A DNA stretch of 64,000 nt, from NCBI GenBank assembly GCA_965228735.1, contig OZ245838.1:1024001-1088000 (forward strand), written 5' to 3'. The translations under genes were made by a program, and so were the position numbers. Within the stretch, counting starts at the first letter, position 1, and each line of letters begins with the position of its first letter. The notes under the pieces are model-generated. The model had not been told where the DNA came from, made no database searches, and saw only the letters and a program-made list of their open reading frames with translations. Positions 44,399-53,419 of this stretch are shown here, piece by piece. The stretch is from Planctomycetota bacterium. GTDB lineage: Bacteria; Planctomycetota; UBA1135; UBA2386.

Positions 44399-45841
44399 TC
44401 AGCGCGCGCCCTTCCCGCGCAGGATGACCGCGACCGTCTTGAGGATGATCGTCAGGTCGAACAGCGGGGCCATGTTCTTGATGTAGTAGAGGTCGTAGCG
44501 CAGCTTCTCGCGCGCGTCGTCGACCGATGCGCCGTACTCGGCCTGCACCTGCGCCCAGCCCGTGAGTCCCGGCTTGACGGTGTGGCGCAGCGGGTAGAAC
44601 GGGATCTCCTCGGTCAGCTGCTCGACGAACACCGGCCGCTCGGGGCGCGGGCCGACGAACGACATGTGACCGTTCAGGATGTTGATGAACTGCGGGATCT
44701 CGTCGATGCGGGCGAGCCGCAGGAACTTGCCGACCCGGGTCACGCGGACGTCGTTCTTCTTGGCCCAGACCGGCCCCGACTCCTTCTCGGCGTCGACCGT
44801 CATCGTGCGGAACTTGATGACGTTGAACGGCGCGCCGTCCTGGCCGACGCGTTCTTGCGTGAAGAAGATCGGGCCGCGGCTCGTGAGCTTGACGGCGAGG
44901 GCAGCGAGCAGGCACAGCGGCGAGGACAGCACGAGACCGACGGTCGCGGCGACGATGTCGACGACGCGCTTGAGCGCCATCGTCAGCGGGTCCTTCGTGA
45001 ACCCGCGGCCGTAGATCAGGTAGCTCGGCCGCATGCTCTCGACCGCGAGCTTGCCCGTGAGGCGCTCGTACATCGCCTCGCGTTCTTCGATCGTCACGCC
45101 GTCGGTGCGGCAGTCGAGCAGCTCGTTGACCGGCACGCGGCCGCGGCGTTCGCGCAGCGCGACGACCACGCGGCTGATGCCCTCGCGGCGGCAGAGGGTG
45201 CGCAGCGCGTCGAGCTTGCCGACGGTCGGCGCGTCGCCGGGTTGCGCTGCGATGGGGGGCTGGCCCGGTTCCTCGACGAAACCGCAGAGTTCGTAGCCGG
45301 CCATCGGGTTCTGCTGGATGAGCCGGCCGAGCCGAACGGCCTCATCGGCGGCCCCGACGATGATGACCCGTTCGCCGAAGCGCCACTTGTAGAAGAACCA
45401 GTGGAACGCGTGGCGCAGCACGTAGACGAGCGCGAACGCGACCCCGAGCAGCAGGATCAGCTTCCATGTGTCGCCGCTGACGTCGTCGAGCCCGGGGAAG
45501 TAGAACAGCCCCGGCGCGACGAGCACGAGCACCGCGAGCATCACGAGCGAGTAGCCGCACGAGTGCACGAGGCGGGTGACGAGTTCGGCGCGGTTCTGCG
45601 CCGTGCGCCAGTCGTAGAGGTCGTTGTAGCTGAGCGACGCCTGGCAGATGATCGCGATCGTCACGCACGTGAGCAGCCCGAGAACGGTGCCCCACGTCGG
45701 CGCGAACATGTCGAAGTTCGAGTTGCTCGCGAGCGGCGGCGCGCTCGTGCCGAAGTACATCACGGCGGTGAACAGCAGGTTCTCCGCGAGCAGCAAGACG
45801 AGCTTGCGGCGCGGGATCATCTGTTCGGCGAGCGATACCAT
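44399..45841 (-). CDS. polyprenyl-phosphate (priming) sugar transferase, TIGR03013/WcaJ-like
   Basis: KRVVDI, QERVG, KFRTM, RIDEIPQ, MSFVGPRPER, VKPGLTGWAQV, KLRYDLYY; N-terminal TMs; in frame with the upstream YraN domain. Confidence 0.9.
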   Translation of the reverse strand: MVSLAEQMIPRRKLVLLLAENLLFTAVMYFGTSAPPLASNSNFDMFAPTWGTVLGLLTCVTIAIICQASLSYNDLYDWRTAQNRAELVTRLVHSCGYSLVMLAVLVLVAPGLFYFPGLDDVSGDTWKLILLLGVAFALVYVLRHAFHWFFYKWRFGERVIIVGAADEAVRLGRLIQQNPMAGYELCGFVEEPGQPPIAAQPGDAPTVGKLDALRTLCRREGISRVVVALRERRGRVPVNELLDCRTDGVTIEEREAMYERLTGKLAVESMRPSYLIYGRGFTKDPLTMALKRVVDIVAATVGLVLSSPLCLLAALAVKLTSRGPIFFTQERVGQDGAPFNVIKFRTMTVDAEKESGPVWAKKNDVRVTRVGKFLRLARIDEIPQFINILNGHMSFVGPRPERPVFVEQLTEEIPFYPLRHTVKPGLTGWAQVQAEYGASVDDAREKLRYDLYYIKNMAPLFDLTIILKTVAVILRGKGAR

Positions 45842-45856
45842 CGGCGTTGTGAGAAT

Positions 45857-45883
45857 CGGGAGCGGGAGCGGGAGCGGGAGCGG
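45857..45883. repeat. (CGGGAG)4 hexamer microsatellite encoding PLPLPLPLP
   Basis: CGGGAG x4 + CGG in the YraN-transferase linker. Confidence 0.8.
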
Positions 45884-46009
45884 CGTGCCACGGCGCCCGG
45901 CGCGGCCCTCAGGAGGTCGGCCCTGAGCGCGTCCGTGCGGGGTCTTGTTCGGACCATCGGGGCCAGGCGCTAGAGCGCGACCCGGACCGCCGACAGCATG
46001 GTCCCTTCG

Positions 46010-46429
46010 AAGAACGACGCGGACCTGTGCAAAATGCAACAAATCCCGCGGGGGTGCCGCCGGCCCGGCGCGCTGCCAGCGCACGGCGACGACGTCGATC
46101 TGGAGGGTGCTCGGGCGGGGGCGTAGCGTGGCATCGAGGTCCTGCAGGGCGCGTTCGAGCCGGTCGAGTTGGGCGCGGGTGACGAGACGTTCCGGGGCCG
46201 GGTGGGCGGCCCGGGCCTTGACCTCGACCGCCGCGTAGGTGCGGCCGCGGCGAATCAGCAGGTCGATCTCACCGTGGCGCGTGCGGACGTTGCGACCGAC
46301 GATCCGGGCACCGGTCGCCAGCAGGCCGCGCGCGGCCCAGTCCTCACCCGCGCGCCCGGAGCGCGCGCTCGCCGGCTCGCGGGCCGGTGCGAGCTCAGGC
46401 CGTCTTCTTGGGTTCCTCCACCTGGTCAC
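46010..46429 (-). CDS. yraN: YraN (UPF0102) PD-(D/E)XK nuclease domain, no own stop codon
   Basis: GRAGEDWA, RNVR.RHGEIDLL, AVEVKAR, IDVVAV; nearest start is a GTG at 46429 inside yajC; the end is a domain boundary only. Confidence 0.65.
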
Positions 46430-46925
46430 GAACGATGCGCGCCACCGCGGAGCGCTCGAACGTGACCTGCATCGAATCGAGCAGCAACGTGACGGTGCGA
46501 TCGTCGAGCTTGTGCACGGTCGCATGGATGCCCGAGGACGTGACGACGCGGTCGCCCTGCTTGATCGACGCGAGCATCTCCTGCTGCTGCTTCCGCGCCT
46601 TCGATTCGCGGCGGAAGCTCGAGATGATCATGAAGAGCACGACCGCGCCCATCACGAGGAAGAGCGTGCTGTCGAGCCCGCCAGCACCCTGGCCGCCCTG
46701 GCCACCGCCGCCCCCGTTGTCCTGGTTCGGCACGTTGGCGTTCGGGTTGCCGCCCGCCGGCGCGGGGCCGGAGCCGCCCGCCGGACCGCCCGAGGGCGTC
46801 GGATCCTGCGGCATCGAGCTGCTCGTTACCGGCAGCACCCATGTGCCCGCGGCGGCGTCGCGGTGCCAGTCGAGGTTGGAATGGAGCCAGGAAGGCTGGC
46901 AGGAGTCGTTCGTCGTGAGCAGCAT
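46395..46925 (-). CDS. yajC: preprotein translocase subunit YajC
   Basis: TM segment then QQQEMLASIKQGDRVVTSSGIHATV...FERSAVA; start uncertain. Confidence 0.85.
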   Translation of the reverse strand: MLLTTNDSCQPSWLHSNLDWHRDAAAGTWVLPVTSSSMPQDPTPSGGPAGGSGPAPAGGNPNANVPNQDNGGGGGQGGQGAGGLDSTLFLVMGAVVLFMIISSFRRESKARKQQQEMLASIKQGDRVVTSSGIHATVHKLDDRTVTLLLDSMQVTFERSAVARIVRDQVEEPKKTA

Positions 46926-47050
46926 GTCGGGGCCCGCGGTCGTCGCCGGCGCGGCATCGTGCACGGCGGGGCGGATGGGGGTGCGAAAAGGGCGAGCAGT
47001 ATAGGGCGCGAGGCGGTTGCATAGGAGGCCCTTGTCGGCATCCTGCCGGA

Positions 47051-48160
47051 ATGCGGGTTCTCCTGGCGATGTCGGGCGGTGTGGACAGCAGCGTGGCGGC
47101 GCTGTTGCTGCAGCGCGCGGGCCACGACGTCGTCGGCGTGTTCATGCGCAACGGTGTGACCGGGCTCGACGCGGCCCGATCCGGCGCGCTGCAGGCCGGG
47201 GTTGGCGCCATGGATCGCGCCCCCGGCCAACGGAGCGGTGCGGCGCTCGAGAAGTCGTGCTGTTCGGCCTCGGACGCGCGGGATGCGGCGGTGGTCGCGG
47301 ATCGGCTCGGCATTCCGTTCTACTCGGTGGACTACGCGGCGGAGTTCGGCGGGCTGATCGACCACTTCGCGGCGGAGTACCGCCGCGGCCGAACGCCCAA
47401 CCCCTGTGTCTTGTGCAACACGCAGCTCAAGTTCGGGCACCTTTTCCGGCTCGCGGACGACGTCGACGCCGCCGCGGTCGCCACCGGACACTATGCGCGG
47501 GTCGTCGACGGTGAGCTGTTCACCGCGCGCGATACGAACAAGGACCAGACCTACTACCTTTTCGGGGTCGAACGGGAGTCCCTGCGGCGGGCGCTCTTCC
47601 CGCTCGGCGATCTGACCAAGGACGAGGTGCGCGCGATCGCGGCGGAGGCCGGGTTCACGACGGCGCACAAGCCCGAGTCGATGGAGATCTGCTTCGTGAC
47701 GAGCGGCGACTACCGCGACGTCGTTCGGGCGCGCGGGGGCGGCGGGCGGCCCGGCCGGTTCGTCGACTCGACGGGCCGCGAGCTCGGGCAGCACGACGGG
47801 ATCGACGGCTTCACGGTCGGCCAGCGGCGCGGCCTGCCGGCGCTCGGGACCCCGCACTACGTGGCGCGGATCGACGCCGGGTCGGGCGATGTCGTGCTCG
47901 TCGAACGGGACGGGCTCGCGCGCGCGGCGGCGCTGGTGCGCGGGGCGCACTGGCTCGTGGACGCCCCGGGGGTCGGCGATGTCGTCGTGGCCCAAACCCG
48001 CATCCGGGCCCGGCAGCAGCCGGCGGCGAGTCGACTCGAGGTGCTCGACGGCGACGCCGTGCGCGTGCACTTCGACGCGCCCGTCGAAGCGATCACGCCG
48101 GGGCAGGCCGCCGTGTTCTACGACGGCGAGCGGGTGCTCGGCGGCGGCTGGCTCGACTGA
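47051..48160 (+). CDS. mnmA: tRNA 2-thiouridine(34) synthase
   Basis: AMSGGVDSSV, GRTPNPCVLCN, ATGHYA, KDQTYYL, ESMEICF, TVGQRRGL, ITPGQAAVFY. Confidence 0.96.
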   Translation: MRVLLAMSGGVDSSVAALLLQRAGHDVVGVFMRNGVTGLDAARSGALQAGVGAMDRAPGQRSGAALEKSCCSASDARDAAVVADRLGIPFYSVDYAAEFGGLIDHFAAEYRRGRTPNPCVLCNTQLKFGHLFRLADDVDAAAVATGHYARVVDGELFTARDTNKDQTYYLFGVERESLRRALFPLGDLTKDEVRAIAAEAGFTTAHKPESMEICFVTSGDYRDVVRARGGGGRPGRFVDSTGRELGQHDGIDGFTVGQRRGLPALGTPHYVARIDAGSGDVVLVERDGLARAAALVRGAHWLVDAPGVGDVVVAQTRIRARQQPAASRLEVLDGDAVRVHFDAPVEAITPGQAAVFYDGERVLGGGWLD

Positions 48161-48245
48161 TCGGCCGGCTCGACGGCTCGGCTGGCTCGCCTCATCGGTT
48201 GGCTCGGGGTGGGCGAGGCCTCGAAACGACGCGGGCCGGTCCTGC

Positions 48246-48335
48246 CGGACCGACCCGTGCCCCGAACGCCCTTGCTCGGACGTAGCGTTCCCGGACGCCC
48301 GTGCTTCGGCCGGCCGTTTCTCCGACGCCGCGCCT
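48246..48335. repeat. degenerate 15-bp tandem array (about 6 units) between convergent mnmA and hup
   Basis: Units such as CCCGAACGCCCTTGC, TCGGACGTAGCGTTC, CCGGACGCCCGTGCT, TCGGCCGGCCGTTTC. Confidence 0.4.
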
Positions 48336-48373
48336 TAAATTGCGGATTGGTAGCCGCGGCGGGCGCGCCGGGA

Positions 48374-48649
48374 TCAGACGCTGTCCTTGAGCGTCGCACC
48401 CGGGCGGAACCCGACCGTGCGGGACGCCGCGATCTGCATCGGCTCGTTGGTGCGCGGGTTGCGGCCCATGCGCGCCTTGCGGTCCTTCACCTGGAAGGTG
48501 CCGAACCCGACGATCTGGACCTCCTGGTCCTTCTTGAGCCCGGACTGGATCGAGGCCAGCAAGGCGTTGACCGCCCGCTCTGCGTGCGCCTTGCTGCAGT
48601 CGTCGCCGATGTTCTTCTGGACCTCTTCGATGAGCTCTGACTTGTTCAT
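48374..48649 (-). CDS. hup: DNA-binding protein HU
   Basis: MNKSELIE, VQIVGFGTF, RKARMGRNPRT, FRPG; GGAG RBS. Confidence 0.93.
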   Translation of the reverse strand: MNKSELIEEVQKNIGDDCSKAHAERAVNALLASIQSGLKKDQEVQIVGFGTFQVKDRKARMGRNPRTNEPMQIAASRTVGFRPGATLKDSV

Positions 48650-48917
48650 TCTTGCTCCTGATGCTCCCTGATCGCGCGCTGCGCCACCGTGGCGCCCGCG
48701 CGGCCGACCATCGTAGGGTGCCAGGGCGCGCGATGCCATCGAGCACGCGGAATCGTGCCAGGGACAGGACTTGCGGTCGATCGAACCCGCGGGGCGGAGA
48801 GCGAATCTGCGGGTTCCCCACCGGACCGGCTCAAGCCGGCGGCAGGGTCCTGCCGATGCCATGGTCATGGGAGCCCGGGTGCTCCTGCGCACCCCCGAAC
48901 ATTCAGAGGACATACCA

Positions 48918-49946
48918 ATGCGGACCGCGGCCTTCGCTGCCACCATCCTGCTTTCTCTCGCGGCGTGCTCGACGACCCCCAAGAAGGTCAAGAGCGCCTA
49001 CGACCAACCGAACGACCTCATGGCGGTCGAGATCAGCCGCCGCGTCGAGCAGATCCCGTATCTGCACCGCGAGGAGCTGCTCGAGAACCTGCTCTGGCTG
49101 AGCCAGACCGGCGAGCAGACGATCCCGTCGCTGCTCGAAGCGCTGAACAACGACAGCCCGAAGGTCCGCAGCTCGGCGGCCTGGGTGCTCGGTCGTCTGC
49201 GCGATCGTCGCACGATCCCGCAGCTGCAGAACGCGCTCAACGATGCGGAGCCGACCGTGCGCTTCGAAGTCGCGCGCACGCTCGTCGTGCTCGGTGACCT
49301 CGAGCCCGCGCCGATCCTGATCGAGGGCCTGGACAGCGAGCGCAAGGAAGTGCGCTACCTGTGCCACGAGGCGCTGAAGAGCGCGACCGGCCACGACTTC
49401 GGCTTCGACCACCTCGCGATGAGCCAGCAGGACATGCGCCAGTCGGTTCTGAAGTGGCGGCAGTGGTGGGGCGACTACTCGGGCGACGCGGCCTTCGCGA
49501 TGACCTACGAGCGCCAGCACGGCCTGAACCAGCCGGAGCCGATGGGCCAGCCTGCGCAGCCGATGGGCGAGACGCAGCCCCAGAGCGGCCAACAGCAGAA
49601 CGGCCAGCCGCAGGGCTCGGAGAACCCGGAGAGCGCAGCCGGCAACCCGGCGACCGGCACCGAGAGCAGCGCGCCGAGCCAGCCCGAGAACGAGAACCCG
49701 GGCTCGACCACGCCGCCGCCGACCGGCTCGAACCAGGAGAACCCCGAGAACGAGAGCGCCATCGAGGTCACCCCGGTGCCGGTCGTCGAGATCGAGAACA
49801 CGACGCCGAAGGCCGAGTCGAGCGACAAGCCGCAGGTCGTGCCCGTGCCGATCCCGATCGGTGAGCCGAGCAAGCCCTCTGGCAACGGCGGCTCGAGTAG
49901 CGGCAGCAACGGCAGCAGCAAGAGCAACGGCAGCGACGGCCGCTAG
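48918..49946 (+). CDS. HEAT-repeat lipoprotein with low-complexity tail
   Basis: Lipobox LAAC; VRSSAAWVLG, VRFEVARTL, LIEGL repeats; WRQWW; Pro/Glu/Ser/Asn-rich C-terminus. Confidence 0.8.
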   Translation: MRTAAFAATILLSLAACSTTPKKVKSAYDQPNDLMAVEISRRVEQIPYLHREELLENLLWLSQTGEQTIPSLLEALNNDSPKVRSSAAWVLGRLRDRRTIPQLQNALNDAEPTVRFEVARTLVVLGDLEPAPILIEGLDSERKEVRYLCHEALKSATGHDFGFDHLAMSQQDMRQSVLKWRQWWGDYSGDAAFAMTYERQHGLNQPEPMGQPAQPMGETQPQSGQQQNGQPQGSENPESAAGNPATGTESSAPSQPENENPGSTTPPPTGSNQENPENESAIEVTPVPVVEIENTTPKAESSDKPQVVPVPIPIGEPSKPSGNGGSSSGSNGSSKSNGSDGR

Positions 49947-50228
49947 GCCAGCGCCGCCGCGGTTCGGGCCTCGGGGTTCGAGCCGCGCACCCGGCCGGCG
50001 CGGCCGAGCGCAGGGACCCTGACCACGGGGTGCCCCGCCGCCGCAGCCGCCGAAAACCCCGCGCGCGACCGCGCCGGGCTCCCATGCCAGCGCGCGGTCT
50101 CCGGCGCACGCCCGTTCCGCGACTGCACCCCGGGGTTTCCCGCTTGCTGGCAATCGACTACCCTTTCGGTGCCCCTCTGGCTCCGCGGAGCCGCCACACC
50201 GTTTCCGTCCCGAAAGGAACCTTTGCCG

Positions 50229-50906
50229 ATGCGCAAGTCCACTTCCGGCCAGGCCAAGACCGGCCAGACCGGCTTCACGCTGATCGAGCTGATGATCGTC
50301 ATCGCGATCATCGGTTTGCTAGCTGCCGTCCTGCTCCCCAGCATCTTCGAGTCGCAGGACGCGGCGAACACGTTGGCTGACAGTCGCAATCTCAGTCGTC
50401 AGTTCGATTGGCTGAATAGCTACAAGCGCAAGCACAACGGCGCGCTGCCCATGAAGGGTGGCTACAGATTCGTCATGGCGCCATGGACGTCCGGCGTGGT
50501 GCAGCAAACGCCCGAGAACTGGGACCGCTATTGGACTCCCGGTCCGGGGCGCGATCAGGACCCGGCCTATCAGGAGCGCCGCACGGAGCTCTTGGCCGGC
50601 AACAAGATCTTCACGAACATCGAGTCCGTGACTTCGCAGGACACCAGCTACGTCGGCCGATCGCGCGACCACATCCGCACCGCGGAGCAGAGCGAGAGCG
50701 AAGCGTGGATGGCGAACGACAACGAATACGGATGGAGCCTGCGTGACGGTTCAGTGAATGTGCTGTTCGCCGGTGGCGTTGTTCGGACCTACAGCTACCA
50801 AATGCTTCGGGAGTTGTACGGCCTTGAAGAGTTCGACGTGAACAACCCCGTGCAGACCTACGGTGGCAACTCGCCGATCGAGGCTTGTCAGAGGCTCGAT
50901 AACTGA
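50229..50906 (+). CDS. prepilin-type N-methylation protein (DUF1559-like)
   Basis: GFTLIELMIVIAIIGLLAAVLLP; VNVLFAGG.V resembles a degenerate H-X9-DG motif. Confidence 0.8.
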   Translation: MRKSTSGQAKTGQTGFTLIELMIVIAIIGLLAAVLLPSIFESQDAANTLADSRNLSRQFDWLNSYKRKHNGALPMKGGYRFVMAPWTSGVVQQTPENWDRYWTPGPGRDQDPAYQERRTELLAGNKIFTNIESVTSQDTSYVGRSRDHIRTAEQSESEAWMANDNEYGWSLRDGSVNVLFAGGVVRTYSYQMLRELYGLEEFDVNNPVQTYGGNSPIEACQRLDN

Positions 50907-51132
50907 TCGAGATCTGCGTCTCCTCCCGGCCAAACGCAACGGGACGCCGACCCTGGCCAAGCTCGCCAGCCGGCCGCTGCCATTGGCCTTGGCTGCGTTG
51001 CGCTCGCAGGGACGTTCGCTCCTTTTCGAGCGAGGACAGCGACATTGGAGCGCGCTATGGGCCGCTCGCCTAACTCCCTGAACGACCGGTAGGGCGGTCG
51101 CCGAGTGGCGACCGCGTCGTCGTGGAACGCGA

Positions 51133-52236
51133 CTAGAAGAACAAGGTCACCGGGACCGACGTCGAGACACTCCCGCTCGCCGCGGCGCGGTTGCTGCTGT
51201 TCACGATGCGCATCGTCGGGATCGGGGTCGGGCCGGGTGGCTGCGTCACGATCGTGATCCCGTTGCTGAACGTGAGATCACCGGTGCCGAGGTGGGCGGT
51301 GCCGGCCTGCAGCCAGAGGCGATAGCCGGCGGGCAGCACCGGCAGGTTCTGCAGCATCGCGTCGTAGCGACCAGCCGTCGTCATCGTGCCGGGCATCGCG
51401 TACCAGGCGTCGTGCGTCGAGTAGAGCGTGCAGGCCGGCAAGCTCGGCCACGTCGGGTTGGTGCCCGGGCGCGTGCTGAGGCCGAGCCACGCGCGGGTCA
51501 GGCCCGTGCCGTCCTCGGGGATGCCGTTGCGCACGCTGAGGTCGATCTCCATCCCCGTGCCGATGTGCCACAGGGTCGCGTTCGCCGTCGTCGGTGAGGT
51601 CGCGTTCGGCGCGGGGCAGCCCTGGCCGAAGCGGTAACCCGGCTGCTCGGCCTCGCCGTTGCTGTTGGTCCGGTGGCCGTCGAGGTAGACGCTGAAGTTC
51701 TGGTCCTGGGCGCCGCCGACCGAGTTGCCGTAGACCGTGACGTCGACGCAGACCGTGCCGCCGCCCGCGGGCACGACGAACGGCGTCTGGTAGGGCACGA
51801 GGAAGTCGAACTGCGGGGCCGGATCGATCGCCGGCCGGGTGTTGGCCTGGAACGAGATCGGGGTGCGCGGCAGGACCACGACCGGATTGCTGCCCACGTT
51901 GCTCGCGAACGTGCCCGCGGCCTGGTCCGGCGCGTTCGGCGACATGGAGATCGTGACCTCGAGCTCGCTGACGAACGCCGGACTGTCGCCGTAGAGGCCC
52001 GCGGCGTCGCGCCGGTAGCCGTGGCCCGCGATCACGGTGCCGCCCGGGACGTCGGCGTGCAGCGTCTGCATGCGGCAATCGAAGCGGCCGAGCGGGAAAT
52101 GGGTGAACGTGGCGCCCTCGAGCGTGGCCCGGTCGGCCGGCGAGACGGTCGGGGTCTGCGCCGCGAGCGGCGGCAGGCTGCCGAAAACGAGGGTGGCGAG
52201 GAGCGAAAGACGGACGGTCGTGCTGGATTTGTTCAT
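51133..52236 (-). CDS. secreted hypothetical protein containing the two-Cys module
   Basis: Signal peptide ending LAAQ; FGQGC...PACTLY...RLWLQAG...FSNGITI. Confidence 0.65.
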   Translation of the reverse strand: MNKSSTTVRLSLLATLVFGSLPPLAAQTPTVSPADRATLEGATFTHFPLGRFDCRMQTLHADVPGGTVIAGHGYRRDAAGLYGDSPAFVSELEVTISMSPNAPDQAAGTFASNVGSNPVVVLPRTPISFQANTRPAIDPAPQFDFLVPYQTPFVVPAGGGTVCVDVTVYGNSVGGAQDQNFSVYLDGHRTNSNGEAEQPGYRFGQGCPAPNATSPTTANATLWHIGTGMEIDLSVRNGIPEDGTGLTRAWLGLSTRPGTNPTWPSLPACTLYSTHDAWYAMPGTMTTAGRYDAMLQNLPVLPAGYRLWLQAGTAHLGTGDLTFSNGITIVTQPPGPTPIPTMRIVNSSNRAAASGSVSTSVPVTLFF

Positions 52237-52407
52237 GTCGATGACTTGCCAAAAGGCCCGCGCGCATGCGGGCTCCAGCCGCTGTGGCTCGACGTGCGTC
52301 GGATCGCGCCAAAAAATGGAACCGCCGTTGTTGCACGCCTTCGCGTGCCGTCGCTATCGTGCTCGCCCGCTTGACCAGGCGGCGCGTTTGCGCTGGTCAG
52401 TGCAGCA

Positions 52408-52740
52408 TTGAGCAGACTCCATCGTCAGCTGACGCAGGATCCCGGGGCCCTCGGCGCCGGCCTCACCTTCGCGGCCTCGATGGCGCTGTTCGCCTTCGGC
52501 GGGCTCTGGCTCGACGACCAATTCGGCACCAAGCCGCTGTTGACCATCGTGATGGTCCTCCTCGGCCTGGTCGGAGGGACGCTGCATCTGATTCGGGTGC
52601 TCGCACCCAAGGCGTGGCCGTTCGGCAAGCGACCGGGATCGAGCGATCCCGACTCCGAACCCTCTCGTTCCCAGCGTCCAGCCAACCAGAAGACCGACGA
52701 CAGCGAGCCCGATTCCGACGCCGGAACGGGCAGCCCGTGA
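52408..52740 (+). CDS. AtpZ/AtpI-family protein
   Basis: GLTFAA...GGLWLDDQFGTKP...G; first gene of the atp operon; TTG start. Confidence 0.75.
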   Translation: MSRLHRQLTQDPGALGAGLTFAASMALFAFGGLWLDDQFGTKPLLTIVMVLLGLVGGTLHLIRVLAPKAWPFGKRPGSSDPDSEPSRSQRPANQKTDDSEPDSDAGTGSP

Positions 52741-53393
52741 CCCGATCGCCGGTATTCGCCACCTCTCCAGTCCGACTCGCCTTGCCTGAGACCCCGACAG
52801 CTGCCGGCCCGGCCCCGCGCTTCGATGACGCGGCCCTGCGGAGCATGCTGCTGCGCGGCTTCGGCATCGGCGCGACGCTCGCGGTGCTCGCGGGCTTGAT
52901 CGGGTGGCTGCTCGAGCTGCCGCCGCCGGGGCAGGAGCGTTACCTGGCGTTCGGCATCGGCACCGCGATCTTCGCGGCGCTCGGGGCGCTGTGGTGGCAC
53001 GGTCGGTTCCTCGCGGCCGGCCCGAATGCGGGCCAGCCGATCGACGGCCGCCTGCTCGCCGGTCGCCTGCAGGGGCTGCTCGGCTCGGCGATGCTGGTCA
53101 AGCTCGGCCTGCTCGCGGTCGGCATGTTCACGCTGCATCGAAGCGGCGTGAAATTCGACGGCATCGCCACCTTTTGCATCGCGTTCGCGGCGGGATCGCT
53201 GCTCTGCCAGCTGACGACAGCGGGATACCTGTCGCGCCGATTGGGGAGCCCGAGCCGGGCCGCGGCGGCCACTCCGGTCGGCGGCGAGCACGCCGCGCCA
53301 GACCACTCCTCTTCCGTCTCCAAGACCCAGCTCGCTGAGGCACCCCGCACCGGGGCCGGCAGCGGCGAGTCGAGTCTGTCCGACCCTTCCTGA
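52737..53393 (+). CDS. ATP synthase protein I-like membrane protein
   Basis: Four hydrophobic segments, MLVKLGLL; lies between atpZ and atpB. Confidence 0.55.
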   Translation: MTRSPVFATSPVRLALPETPTAAGPAPRFDDAALRSMLLRGFGIGATLAVLAGLIGWLLELPPPGQERYLAFGIGTAIFAALGALWWHGRFLAAGPNAGQPIDGRLLAGRLQGLLGSAMLVKLGLLAVGMFTLHRSGVKFDGIATFCIAFAAGSLLCQLTTAGYLSRRLGSPSRAAAATPVGGEHAAPDHSSSVSKTQLAEAPRTGAGSGESSLSDPS

Positions 53394-53419
53394 TTCTCAA
53401 CCCGAGCTCCGCGACCCCT

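Noticed and set aside
6480..44915. Long N-terminal extensions in the ORF track (methyltransferase, recD, recB, BNR protein, paralog B, serA and others)
   Set aside because: They overlap upstream genes or repeats; downstream starts give ATGA coupling, signal peptides or family-typical N-termini.
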